64,000 bases of DNA from Octopus bimaculoides (taxonomy: Eukaryota). The DNA lies in the NCBI RefSeq assembly GCF_001194135.2, contig NC_068982.1, positions 13,132,134 through 13,196,133 on the forward strand, read 5' to 3'. The notes beneath the pieces were generated by a model. It was not told the origin of the DNA. It ran no database searches and saw only the letters and a list, made by a program, of their open reading frames with translations. Below, piece by piece: positions 26,052-39,615 of this stretch (within the stretch, counting starts at the first letter, position 1; every line of letters begins with the position of its first letter). A program made the translations under genes and the position numbers.

Positions 26052-28124
26052 TATTTTTTAGTGTATGTGTGTGTAAGTATAACCAGTGTTGGTTTATTCA
26101 AATATAACTTAGTAGTTTAGCAAAAAGAGACTGATAGAATAAGCACCAGACTTAAGATAAAAAATTGTATTGGGGTCAACTTGTTCATCTAAAAACCCTT
26201 TATGGGGGTTCCCCAGTATGGCCACAGTCTAATCTCTGAAACAAGTAAAAGATAAAGCATTTTATATATTATGCACACATATGTACACAATAGACGTCCT
26301 TATAGTTTTTGTCTACCAAATTTTGTTTTCATTATGTAAATTTCTGTAGGATATAAATATACGGTATTCTTTCTGTATATATCCAAATCATTTGTCTGCA
26401 GAAGTCAAGGTAAGATGACTGCTGTGCTGATGATGTTTAACAAGGTAGAAACACAAGCCAACCAGTGTTCTTTCATCTCCAGACAATCATCCTGTCTCTT
26501 CCTCAATGGTGTGACTATTCTAGAGAATTCTTGCTTCCTGAGATTATCTCTGCTCACATTCAGAATTGGTTTCAATTGTCACATGGCATTTGGTTTATTT
26601 TCTCAGGAAGCAAAGATAATTTCAATAAATCAAGAATCTACATTGTACGATATTTCGAATATATGTATGTGTATATGTACGTTCATATTTCGTTCTATAA
26701 TCTACTTTGACATGTATTTTATCAATGTTTATTTGTATTTCTTCTTTGAATCATTTAAAAAGAAATAGAAACATACAAACTATGAGATGATTTTAACCAA
26801 GTTCACTTGTTAAACCAGCATGTTTTTGCAAGGTGTTACGACCTCAAAATTATTCTTCCAGGACAAAAGAAATTTCACTGCACAGGTGATTGTTGAGGTT
26901 TATTGGTATTTGACTTAGAGAGAAAATATATTGTATTGTGGACAAAAGGAGGAATGGAAGAAAGAACTCACAGCATAATAGGAAATGAATGAATCGGAAT
27001 AAGAATAGTTTTCCAGTTAAAGAATTAGGAAGAAGAATATGAAAGCATTATTGGAGGACCTTGTATAGGCAGGGAGATGTATGTTTTGCTGAGAATCTTA
27101 TATAGAAAAAGAAGAAAAGTATGACAAAAGGAATGGATTAATTTACTTTCTGGAAGTAATGATAGAAATAAGTGATGAAATATATTGCTTTGCTTAGTGG
27201 CAACAGATAAAGATTAAAATGAAGAATGATAAAAGAGATATAGTGAGAAAACCCACTAGAAAAATGAAGTTGTTGATGATGTGTTGAGTCGTAATGGACT
27301 AAGAGGCAACATTAACAGTGAAAAATACATAGTTAAGTTAGAGAAAGAGAGGAGAGAAAATGAATGATAAAAAAAGTGTACAAAAGAAAAGTATTTTTGT
27401 TAAAAATAGATGGATAACTAAGGAGAGAAAAAAGGAGTTAGGAATGCCAAGTAAAAAAATGGTAGATAAATTTAAGAATAAAAGGTAGAAAACGTAGTTG
27501 AAAGTAGCAATGATAACAACACAAAGCAAGAATAAAATTAAGTAGTATATCAGCGACAATATTTTATTTGAAAAGAAGAGGATTAAATAGATCAGGTTGA
27601 GAAGAACAAAACAAATGAAATAAATATCACTGACAGAGAATTTAAATCAGCTATGACTGGCAGATATTTTCAATTACAATACGATTTCTTCTATACTTTT
27701 ATATGGGTAAATATATTGATTTTTTTTTTTCAACATTGGTACAAGGTAACAACTTGGTAGGGGAAGGCTGCAGTCAACTGAATTGAGCCTAACAAAGCAC
27801 TGCTGCTTATTTCTTTAGCCACCACCCCAAACTTCACTCCCCTCCACAAGGGATGAAAAGCCAAGTCAATGTAATCTGACCTCAGGATATATAGACAGCT
27901 AAATGCTACATGATGCTTATTCCTGCACTTTACCATTATTTCTCCCAAGATACTAGACTTTTTCAACTAATTATCACAGTTGTTTCTTGTTGTTTTCTTT
28001 CTTTCTTTTCCTTTTCAATCAAAGTTGTTTTATAAGTTAGCTTCGTTGACTTACAAACAGTCAAAAACTGGATAGAAACTTATCTGAATTAATAACATCT
28101 GGGAGATATTGAAAAATAACACCA

Positions 28125-28385
28125 AAACAATATTGATTTCAGATTCTGGCACAAAGCCAGCAATTTTTGGGGGTGGGTGGGGANNNNNNNNNNNNNNNNN
28201 NNNNNNNNNNNNNNNNNNNNNNATTACATTTACTCCAGTGTTCAACCGGTACTTATTTTATCGATCCTGAAAGGATGAAAAGCAAAGTCAGCTGCAGCAG
28301 AATTTGAACTCAGAATGTAAAGACAGACAAAAAACCGTTAAACATTCTACTTGGCGTGCTAACTATTCCGCCAACTCACCACCTT
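28125..28385 (-). mobile_element. SINE family B
   Basis: Tail, core and head on the minus strand with a short gap. Confidence 0.85.
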
Positions 28386-28589
28386 TAACACAGAAATAAT
28401 TTTGTTCTTATAATATTTGTATTATTGCAAAACGTAAATGAATGTAATTGGCATTAAATACTTGCAAAAAAAGGTTAAAGAAAAAAGAATTTTTTTTTTC
28501 TTAAAGATAAAGAATTCTGCTTTCCATGCTGAATGTGGATAAGAACTGCAAACGTGACTTCAGTTAAATGTATTGTCTTACTAGCTTAC

Positions 28590-28635
28590 CTCATAGAAAC
28601 ATATTTGTCACCACATCGTTTTAAGAAATATAAAT
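28590..28635 (-). CDS. candidate exon (46 nt, phase 1->2), (D)LYFLKRCGDKYVSM(R)
   Basis: Donor GAG|gtaagc, acceptor aaaatttatag, single open frame, phase joins 18109. Confidence 0.4.
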
Positions 28636-30727
28636 CTATAAATTTTAATATTAAAGGTGAAGACACAGCTGTGTGGTAAGAAGTTTGCTTTCCAACTACA
28701 CAGTTCCAGGTTCAGTCCCACAGTGTGGCACTTTAGGCAAGTGTTTTCTACTATAGCTTTAGGCCAACTAAAGCCTTGTGAGTGGATTTGGTAGACAGAA
28801 ACTGAAAGAAACCCATCATATATATATTTATTAATAATATCGAAGAGTAATAAAAATATTAGAAATTTCTACTACCAGTGGCCCAGTGTGTAAAAATTTA
28901 GTCCATAGATTATGTATTATTCATATAAATACAGTGTACATTTAAACACATAAGAGGTATCCCTCATAGGATTCCCTCACGCTAGAAAGAACAGCTAAGA
29001 TAGAAAATGCTAAAATAATTTTATAAAAAAAATGCCCCTTGTATTTGAATACTATGCAAATATTCTTTTAAAAAATTTTTCATTTAATTTTTCGAAAATT
29101 TAATTGTTTTCCATACTTAGAGTTGAAAAAGTCTTAATGACTGAAACTGGTACATAAACATGTATATATNNNNNNNNNNNNNNNNNNNNNNNNNNNNNNN
29201 NNNNNNNNNNNNNNNNNNNNNNNNNNNNNNNNNNNNNNNNNNNNNNNNNNNNNNNNNNNNNNNNNNNNNNNNNNNNNNNNNNNNNNNNNNNNNNNNNNNN
29301 NNNNNNNNNNNNNNNNNNNNNNNNNNNNNNNNNNNNNNNNNNNNNNNNNNNNNNNNNNNNNNNNNNNNNNNNNNNNNNNNNNNNNNNNNNNNNNNNNNAT
29401 ATATATATATATATATATACATGTTTATGCATTTGGTTTGCATGATGTGAAATCAAGTGTTGAAACAGATATTGTTATATCTCAGGATGGTCATTTTTTT
29501 CTCGCCAAATAGACACATGCACTATAAATTCGTTCTTCATGTGTTTATTATTGTTCTTATTTTATGTCCATTGTCTAGAAATTTGTCATTAGACAACTGT
29601 GACCTCTTCAGCAAACCTCCATCCCAAGTGTCTGCTCTGTTCTGTTTAGTCTGTTCTGAGAGACAGAATGGACTAAAGACTACCTTTTTTAAAGCCTGGT
29701 ACTTATTCTATCATTCTCTTACTTGGTTACAGGGACATAAACACCCCTACATCAGTCGTTAAGCAGTGGTGGCAAACAAGCACAAGCAAAAATACACACA
29801 CACACACACACATGCATATACAACAGGCTTCTTTCAGTTTCTGTCTATCAAATCAACTCACAAGGCTTTAGTCAGCTTGGGGCTATAGTAGAAGACACTT
29901 GCTCAAGGTGCCACACTGTGGAACCAAACCTGGTACCCAATTTTACATATCGTTTTGAAAAAATATAATATTGCACAGACATAAGGTGCATTTCTTTTTA
30001 TTGTGGAGAATTTGATATATGGAAATGGCATTAGTCAGTTGCTACTGTCTTTTGGGTTTAATTTATGAGTCTCTTTACAAAATGATAAAATGATTGATGT
30101 AAAGTCATATAAAGAAGAAACTTCTAGAAGCCTTGTAGTTCAAATATGTAACAGGTGTTTGTTTGTTTATAGTTATTTCTCTATCGCCTCAGTCTATCTA
30201 TTAACTTTTCAACTGAAATAAATAGTTCACTTTTCTAGAGAAGTTACTTATAATAGAATAGCTTTCATCCTATCCACAGGAAAATTTGTCATTCATTTGT
30301 TTAATGCCAAGGGCACTAGTTGAAACATTGGTTTTGATGATCCAGGCAATTCTTGGAAAAATTAAACATTATTTAATGAGATTTCAGTATTATAGCACAG
30401 GATGGGGGGAAATAACAGAAGAAAAAAACGAATTCACATAAGGCCTTGATATTACAAAGACCTAATTATCTGTCAGGATAATCACTGCTCTGAATCCATT
30501 AAAATCTACTCCTAGGCATTTGATAATTTACATTCTATTTGGAAAAGCACTTAATGATATTTTGTGACAAACCACTAGCTTGCCGAGTATTTGTTTTATA
30601 TTGTTATATAATAATAAAAAATAAAAAGATAGGAAGAATATTATTGCCTTGCATGTGATAATAATGTAATCTTGCAAAAGTATCAGATTTAGAAATCAGG
30701 AGAAATAAGACTGAAAGACAACCATAC

Positions 30728-30778
30728 CATTCTCGCAAATATTCTTGACATCAATCTGCAATCTGTAGGGCAAGGAAC
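30728..30778 (-). CDS. candidate exon (51 nt, phase 1->1), SLPYRLQIDVKNICEN
   Basis: Acceptor gcactttcacag, donor ATG|gtatgg. The true exon may extend further 5' because upstream frames stay open. Confidence 0.4.
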
Positions 30779-31559
30779 CTGTGAAAGTGCATCGATGTAC
30801 AAATAATAGGCTGGACCCTCTCTCTCCTTCCCAGCAATAGCTGACAACTGTTTTTTTCTGTTGAAAAGCTCTTCCACTTATTGCCAGGTTTTACTTTTAA
30901 TTCTTCTGAATCCCCACATGTATTCCTCACCCAAATAATATAAATAGATGTCAGTTTAACTACTGGCCATGAAATAAATTATATTAAATTATAAGACACC
31001 AGTTACAGATAGAATGTGGCTTGATCATAAATATTGTATGAAATTGCTTCAGCTTTGAATCATTATTGAGTCAAGAACTTTGGTTTTAGGATACTTGCTT
31101 CCACACTTTCATAGTAATTCCAAATATACTTAATATATCCTAGTGTAAATATCTAAGTCTACATTCTTCCATGAACTTTAAATAAAAATCAAATTAATAA
31201 GTGTCAAAAATATATTCTCTTCTTGTTTTTATAACAATCACCTCTACTGCCACCACCATTGTTACTTGCTAGGCCTCCTCTCTTCTTATTCTTCTATCTT
31301 ATGGCTTTTCCATATCTACGCATGGATATATCTATGGAAATGTTCATCATCCTTATGCATTTGTTTGGACGTATGGGTAACAGTATGCATTTACATGTAT
31401 GCATTTGCCTCTACTCATATTAAACAAATATAAACTAGGCATGTTAAGAACAGATTAGAAAACATTAGATTAGAAAACATTAGTAATCATTTATAGTATC
31501 ATACACTTCCCATTACAAATGGCAAGATAACAACACACTAAATTTAACTTCTGACTAAC

Positions 31560-31607
31560 CTATGCTTGTGACTGTCTGAATTATCTATAAACATGCTTTT
31601 GTGAATC
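31560..31607 (-). CDS. candidate exon (48 nt), open only in phase 2->2: IHKSMFIDNSDSHKH
   Basis: Acceptor ttttttttagtattttag, donor TAG|gttagt. Phase does not join 30778 directly. Confidence 0.3.
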
Positions 31608-32201
31608 CTAAAATACTAAAAAAAACCTTATTTATGACAGAGTATCATAACCTTAATATGATGTGCTTATTTTTTTCCTTCAGCTCTAAACAATAACACA
31701 ATTCCTATATCATATTAAAATAAATTTCTTCTCCATAGGCACAGGAGTGGCTGTGTGGTAAGTAGCTTGCTTACCAACCACAGGGTCCTGGGTTCAGTCC
31801 CACTGCGTGGCACTTTGTGCAAGTGTCTTCTACTATAGCCTCAAGCTGACCAAAGCCTTGTCAGTGGATTTGGTTGACGGAAACTTGACACCCGATGCTG
31901 GTGTGTTTACGGCAAAAGAGACTGATAGAATAAGTACTAGGCTTACAAAGAATTTGCTGAACTAAAGGCAGTGTCAGGATACAGAATTCTGCAAAAGTTA
32001 CCCTGAGAGAATGTTTCATATTGACTTGTGGTGCACGTGTACACAACACACACACACGCACACACATTACATAATCCTAACATTATCAAATACAGAACTT
32101 AATATGCTGCAAAGAGTAGATAGATATGTTTCTAATAAATATTTCTATATCTACCTATATCTCTTTCTCTTTTTCTCTCTCTCTTTCACACTTTTTCTTT
32201 C

Positions 32202-32298
<97 letters not shown>

Positions 32299-32879
32299 TT
32301 GTGCGTATGTATATATATATATAACCGATAGGTATAAAAATAAGTGCAGAAATTATATACATTGGAACAATAGGTATAAAAATGTGCAGAAGTTATGTGT
32401 GTATGTGTGTCTATGCATGTGTGTATGTGTGTGTGTGTGTGTGTGCACATGTGTTTGTGCATGTGTTTGGCTGTTATTGAAACACTCCAACAGAATAAAA
32501 TAAACATCTGTTCTAAATCGGCTTTATATATCATACACTATTTATAAAAACTGGTATACTTATGACATTTATATGATAAAACAGTCTTCAACTTTATCTT
32601 ACAAATACTATTCACCATACTCTGTTTGACAACTCTATTTTCAATCAAGTTCCACTTTTGTTTCTTCTGCATCAAACCAATATGTTACAGCCTCCGGGTT
32701 GTGGATTGGTTGAATCACATTAGTAGTTTGTTGGTTAAATATTTGTTTTGGCTCTTTGCATTCTGATTTTAAATCCCATCAAAGTCAACATTTCCTTTCA
32801 ACCTTCTAGGATTGATAAATATGAAGTCAGACCAAAAAGCATCAAAACCGGTGCTATAAAAAGTAAACTACAACACATA

Positions 32880-33260
32880 TCAATTCAGTATTTAATTTCC
32901 CTTTAAAGTGGTCCCCTTCTGAAGTGGCCCCCTTTATCCAGCATTGTTTCCATTTTTGGAAACATTCCTGGAACTACACTTTTGAGATCGTGAGCAGCTG
33001 TCTTATGGCATTCCCTTGGATTTCCTTGTTGTCTTAAAATCTTGTTGGGATTTTCCACTGCAAGGACTGAGCCCTGGTTTCAAGAACATGGCCATAGACT
33101 CCTGATTCTTCATCTGTTATGATCATTTAAAAAAATATTTTTGTCTTCCTTGACATAATCAAGAAGATCTTGCATAGCTGAAATTCAAGTTTTGGGGGGC
33201 AACCACACATTAAACACTTTACTTCCAAGCACTGCTGTAAACAATGGAAGCAAGCAAGAA
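32880..33260. mobile_element. decayed mariner-like relic
   Basis: TCCCCTTCTGAAGTG..CAGCATTGTTTCCATTTTTGGAAACATTCCTGGAAC resembles antisense mariner C-terminal sequence. Confidence 0.45.
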
Positions 33261-33272
33261 TGTTACAGTTTA

Positions 33273-33422
33273 GGCGCAGGCATGACTGTGTGGTAAGTAG
33301 CTTGCTTACCAACTACTATAGCCCAAGGCTATAGTAGAAGACACTTGCCGAAGGTGCCGCACAGTGGGACTGAACCTGGAACCATGTGGTTCGTAAGCAA
33401 GCTACTTACCACACAGCCACTC
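33273..33422. mobile_element. inverted double-headed family-A SINE fragment
   Basis: + head 33273-33313, - head 33324-33422, palindromic centre CTACTATAGCC-CAA-GGCTATAGTAG. Confidence 0.8.
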
Positions 33423-33779
33423 ATTAATCTTCTCGACAACAATATGAATTGGATTAGATAAAAGGAGAGTACTGAATCATGTAAACATGGTGGAAAAACA
33501 AAAAAAGAGCGTTCAGTTATGTATATGTATATGTTATAGGTGGTGTTTTTTTTTTTAATGTCTACAGGTTTCAGTCATTAGACTGCAGCCATGCTGGGGC
33601 ACTGCCTTAAGTAATTTTTAGTTGAGTGAATGGACTCCAGTATTTTTATTTTGGGAAGCCTAGTAGTTATTCTATCGATTTCTTTTGTTGAACCACTAAG
33701 TTATGGGGATGTAAACACATCAACACCGGTTCTCAAGGATTGATAGGGGACAAACACAGGCACAAAGACACACACACAA

Positions 33780-33792
33780 ACACACACGCACA

Positions 33793-33849
<57 letters not shown>

Positions 33850-34840
33850 ATATGTATATATATATATANNNNNNNNNNNNNNNNNNNNNNNNNNNNNNNN
33901 NNNNNNNNNNNNNNNNNNNNNNNNNNNNNNNNNNNNNNNNNNNNNNNNNNNNNNNNNNNNNNNNNNNNNNNNNNNNNNNNNNNNNNNNNNNNNNNNNNNN
34001 NNNNNNNNNNNNNNNNNNNNNNNNNNNNNNNNNNNNNNNNNNNNNNNNNNNNNNNNNNNNNNNNNNNNNNNNNNNNNNNNNNNNNNNNNNNNNNNNNNNN
34101 NNNNNNNNNNNNNNNNNNNNNNNNNNNNNNNNNNNNNNNNNNNNNNNNNNNNNNNNNNNNNNNNNNNNNNNNNNNNNNNNNNNNNNNNNNNNNNNNNNNN
34201 NNNNNNNNNNNNNNNNNNNNNNNNNNNNNNNNNNNNNNNNNNNNNNNNNNNNNNNNNNNNNNNNNNNNNNNNNNNNNNNNNNNNNNNNNNNNNNNNNNNN
34301 NNNNNNNNNNNNNNNNNNNNNNNNNNNNNNNNNNNNNNNNNNNNNNNNNNNNNNNNNNNNNNNNNNNNNNNNNNNNNNNNNNNNNNNNNNNNNNNNNNNN
34401 NNNNNNNNNNNNNNNNNNNNNNNNNNNNNNNNNNNNNNNNNNNNNNNNNNNNNNNNNNNNNNNNNNNNNNNNNNNNNNNNNNNNNNNNNNNNNNNNNNNN
34501 NNNNNNNNNNNNNNNNNNNNNNNNNNNNNNNNNNNNNNNNNNNNNNNNNNNNNNNNNNNNNNNNNNNNNNNNNNNNNNNNNNNNNNNNNNNNNNNNNNNN
34601 NNNNNNNNNNNNNNNNNNNNNNNNNNNNNNNNNNNNNNNNNNNNNNNNNNNNNNNNNNNNNNNNNNNNNNNNNNTGTTAGTGTATGTATGTATGTATGTA
34701 TGTATGTATATATGTATGTATGTATGCATGCATGCATGTCTTTATGTGTGGGTATGTATGTGTGTATATGCATGTGTGTATGACTGTCTGTCATATGTAT
34801 GTACATACACAGACTGATAGATACATACTATTGATCTGCC

Positions 34841-34909
<69 letters not shown>

Positions 34910-35060
34910 GTATGCATGTATGTATATACACATACATATGTTTATCTATATATATGCATGTATATATAAGTATATATATATATGCATATATACATGTGTG
35001 TGTGTGTATGTATATATATATATATATGGGAGAATATACAAAAAATAACANNNNNNNNNN

Positions 35061-35121
<61 letters not shown>

Positions 35122-35234
35122 TATATAGTATAGATGTAGATATAGATATATAGATATATGAATACACATATGTATACACACACACACACATATATTATAT
35201 ATATATGAATACACAAATGTAAACATATATATAT

Positions 35235-35280
<46 letters not shown>
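33780..35280. repeat. (TA)/(TATG)/(CA) microsatellite field with gaps
   Basis: Direct reading; all ORFs here are artefacts. Confidence 0.95.
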
Positions 35281-35282
<2 letters not shown>

Positions 35283-37299
35283 TTTTTTCAATACATTCTA
35301 TCTCTCTTTAAAAAGTAATCAGAATAATTTAATATTTCAACATCTTTTTTTTAAAGTTAATGTTGTTGTAGCTGTTGTTGTGGTAGTTATTTTTGATGTA
35401 CTTGTAGTTGATAAAGATTACTGATGTTATTCAATTTGCTTTTCAAATCTTTTTTTTTTTTTAGTCTTTATTTACTGACTTTTAGTTTAAATGCTTGTAG
35501 ATATGTTAATTATTCTAAATAAGATAAAGTGTTCTGTTATTTTTAATGTTTTCCCTCAAATAGATGTTTCTTATATTTATTAAAAAAAAAAAAGCCCTAT
35601 ACATAAAATGAAGAGAACGTATTGAAAAAAATAGAACTTTAATATTATATAATTCACATCACCAAAATTAGATTTGCTGCATTAGAACAGAAAAATAGAT
35701 ATTTACATATTTTGTTATCTGGTTTCTTTTTTCTTTCTGTTTCTTGTATTTTTCTTAGCTTTTTACCCCATCATTATCTCAAAATAAGTTGTAAGGAAAT
35801 ATTAAGTGGATAATGATGGAACCATACTTATCCTTTTCTCTTATTTTTTTGCTCAAGTTGAAGTCTTTGGATTATTGTCAAAGTAGTTGCTTTATCTAGT
35901 CATATTCTATAACAACTGTAGCAGATTAATCGTCTTCCATATTTCATTACTTAATGAATGTTTAAGGAGAGAGTGGTGTGGATTGACAAAATTGGTAAAG
36001 TGTCGTATTTCGTTACACACCTTTGCATTCTGAGTTCAAATTCTACTTGGTCAACTTTGATTTCACTCTTCTAAGGTCAATAAAGCAAGTAATAAGATAT
36101 TGGTATTGATATGATTGACTAAAACCTGCCGAAAGAGATCCCCACATTCTCCTATTTTAATGAAGGAAACTTGTATAAAATAACAAGAAAAGAAAGAGAA
36201 TGTTAGCCTGTGTATTCAAAGAAGTACCCACAGGGAAAAATCTGTTTTTATAGAATCGTAGAGTAGGTAACTATTTCAAACATGCAGCTCATTCATGTTG
36301 ATTGGTTTATCTTCTAACGAGTCGTAATGAAGCAAGTCTTTGATCAGAAGCACTCTTACCATGACCATCCCATTATGAGGGACTGCATTGTCCAAAGTAT
36401 CCTTTTCTTTTATAACTTGATAAAGTGTGATCAGAGGGAAATTTGACTGTTCAGCATCAGATTGCCAGCAAAGAGGTATTTGCAAAGGTTTTTCTCATAA
36501 ATGTTTTCTTGGAATATAATCAATAACATACTGAAATGAAAGTTGCTTCATTTTTCCTGACACCAGTGGTTCTTAGCCAGGGCAGTAGCATCCCTTTGGA
36601 GGTAGAAAACATTAAGGATACTATGACTGTTTAGTCCTAGGTGTTTGGAGGAATTTTGATTTTTCTTAGAAATGAAGTATTTAGATCATGTAAAATTCTT
36701 GTATTTTAAGCACATTTTCATGAAAATATCTGCCAAGATTAAAATATGAACGAAAAGGATAGTGTTATCAGAGAAAAAAAAGCATGGTTGATGAAGTACC
36801 AAGGTCCAATAAAAGACCATTATATAAGTTTTCTTTTTCTTTAGTAATAATCCTCTCCATTATAAAAATATAACAGAAGTAGCATTAGACCACAGAAACA
36901 TCTGAAAAGAGGTTCATGCTGGATGGGACAATAAATTGCTACACGGAATTAGCTTCTGTTTCTTTAAAACAGAAGTTAATTTTGATTAGAATAATTTACT
37001 TTGTTTTTTACAAAAGCAAAAAAGAAAGAAAGAAACCAAAGGTAAGAAATCCATGAGAAAGTCGGGTACTGACAACAGTCCTCTAAGTATCCTCTCACTT
37101 TTCCTGTCCAGTACATCACTTTAGAGCTGCTACAACCAATGTTGGTTCCAGGAAAATTAAGTCCAATGAGATTGTAGAATGGAGGTATGATGGAAGAAAG
37201 CCTCAGTTAGACACCTCAAAGGCAAGGAAGAAAGGTACGGTTTTTTTGTTGGGTAGGCAGCATTGATGGAGTATGTGGCGTATGCATACTTCTGGCAGA

Positions 37300-38600
37300 C
37301 AAATGAATAAATAAAGTAATCGAGACAAAGTGTATGGTAAGATAGTTAAAATGAGACAAGTTGGATAAGGTAGCGGTGCCTATGCTCCACAATTTGGGTT
37401 GGCAGATGATCAGAAGGATCAATTTTATGTCAAGCTTTTGCAAATTCCCTTGAAGACAACTGACCTTATTGTGTTGGCTGGGGATTTCAATAGATGTGTT
37501 GGGTAACACCTCCAGGACATACATTGAGGTTATGGGTTTGATTCTAGAAATAAGGAGCTAACAATTAGGTGCTGGAATATTTTGATGGAAATGAATTCAT
37601 GATCTGCAGCACTAACTTCAGGAAACCAGACTGATAGGTGATCAACCACCTCATCACCAATCAGTCTGGTGACCACACATCATCATAGTTTAACGCCCAC
37701 TTTCCATGCCAGCATGGGGTGGACGATTTCACTGAGGACTGGTGAACCAGATGGCTGCACCAGACACCAATCTGATCTGGCAGAGTTTCTACAGCTGGAT
37801 GCCCTTCCTAACGCCAACCACTCCAAGAGTGTAGTGGGTGCTTTTACGTGCCACCTGCACAGGAGCCAGTCCAGCAGCACTGGCAATGGCCTCGCTCAAA
37901 TGATTTTCTGAACATGCCACCTGCACAGGAGCCAGTCCAGCAGCACTGGCAATGACCTCGCTCAAATGATTTTCTGAACGTGCCACCTGCACGGGAGCCA
38001 GTAAGGCGACGCTGGTAATGATCACGCTCAAATGGTGCTATTTACGGGCCACTAGCATGGAAGCCAGACAGCTGCTCTGGCAATGATCATGCTCGGACAG
38101 TGCTGTTAGTGCTCCACTAGCACAGGTGCCAGTCATCGAATAGGGTTCAATTACACAAGCTAAATCAATTCCATTTCTACTAGAAAATGTAATAAGCAGA
38201 TGATTGTGAAATGCAGAATCTATCCTTGTTGAAGAATGTACAGACCAACATCGATTACTGGTTAGTAATTTCGAATTGAGTACTAGAAGAACTTTGAGTC
38301 AAATCAGTCTGGAAAAGAAAGATATAGAGGCTCAAAGATCCTGCAAACAATCAGAAATTTAGAGATGTTCTAGTTGAAGTATTTAATGAAAACAAGAAGA
38401 TAAAGGACAAGTTGTCCAGTAGTAACTTTCATTTCTTAAGTGGAAATCTACCAAGGACTACAGACTGGTGCAATGTCCTCAAAACAGATTGTGTATAACA
38501 AGTTGGTTGAACAGTAGGGTAGACAGCTGTAAGAGTGAAAAGACAAGCTTGGAAAGGCCAGTTAAATGGAAATAGCAGTGAATTATACCAGGTAGCTAGG
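37300..38600 (+). pseudogene. decayed RTE LINE ORF (AP endonuclease and linker), split by a younger insertion
   Basis: GAYAPQFGLADDQKDQFY..LAGDFNRCVG*..GYG at 37375-37557; resumes EECTDQHRLLVSNF..KRQAWK..ELYQVARR after 38160. Confidence 0.8.
37678..38135 (-). mobile_element. young RTE 3' UTR fragment with ~5 tandem hairpin units
   Basis: Near-identical to 1-390 and 3601-3965; units 37848-38130 at a ~63-bp period. Confidence 0.9.
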
Positions 38601-39423
38601 CGAGATGTTATGGTGACTCATGATGCTTATCAAGTTGATCTAGTTTTACTAAGGCTGTGTCCTCATCCAATCAAGACATGCTTCAGTAATGCTCCATTGA
38701 CTCAAAAGGTCAAAAGAGATATTTATATATTTATAAATTTAGCATTTCCAAACTCTTCACACACCTATTTAACTTTAGTATTATTTAGGTGAAGGTGTAT
38801 AGTCTAATGGTTTCAGTATTGACCTCCTGATTGGAGGTTGTAGTTTTAATTCCCATATTGGATGGCTTGTGTTCTTGAGTAAAATGCGTTTCCTTTTCCA
38901 CTACTCCATTCTACTTAGTTAAAAATGAGTATCAGTAATTGTTGAGGATTAATATGGTGACCAATTGCCATACTACCTAGGGATGAGTATTGTACCATTT
39001 GTTGCTTATACACTATGGGTGCAAGGATAAACTCTGACATAATAAGCTTGAATGCTTATAAAAGACCTAAAACTTATGACTAACATTACTTATGATTGTT
39101 ACTGTGAGAAGATTTAATAATTCTGAAGCTGCACTATCATCACTTCTATTGCTGTGATTGCCTCAGTGGAAATTCAATGTTAAAATTCAAGTTGAAGAGA
39201 CTGAATGGCTTCAATTCAAATCGACTTGAGATTTGGATGAGCAATTTGCATTTCATTTGGTTTAAGGTTCAACATCAAAAATGCTGCTCCAATGGAACCA
39301 ATCTTTGCTTCTCTTCTTCAGAGTAACTTTCATTCTCAGACAACATTCAAATTCATTAATAATCAACATGTAAGAACGTAGTCTAAAACTAACATTGTAT
39401 TTCCTAAAATATGTTTGTATCTT

Positions 39424-39615
39424 TAACCTATTCATTACCATATTTTGGTTGAAATACTTTGCTTCTGTTTCAATTAATCTGAAAATAAAGAATTTAGTAA
39501 AATAAATTTGTTATTGTTAAGCTGACGTTTGGACCAACAATTAACAGAATTTTGATGGAAGGTTATAATTTATATATCTTACCATCATACGAACAAAGAC
39601 AGTCTCGAAATAGTT
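39424..39615 (-). mobile_element. diverged relative of the 40565 MITE
   Basis: TTAACCTATTCATTACCATATTT..AAAGAATTTAGTAAAATAA is the reverse complement of the MITE right half. Confidence 0.6.

Noticed and set aside
26920-27630. Purine-rich stretch and a 73-aa hydrophobic ORF
   Set aside because: Probably a very old LINE relic; no motif is clear enough to call.
29120-29155. Hammerhead-like TTGAAAA-AGTC..GACT-GAAAC-TGGTA
   Set aside because: The core has two mismatches and stem I cannot be formed.
37848-38130. CRISPR-like repeat array
   Set aside because: The units are whole-length diverged repeats with no unique spacers, lie in a LINE 3' UTR, and have no cas genes nearby; the DNA is eukaryotic.
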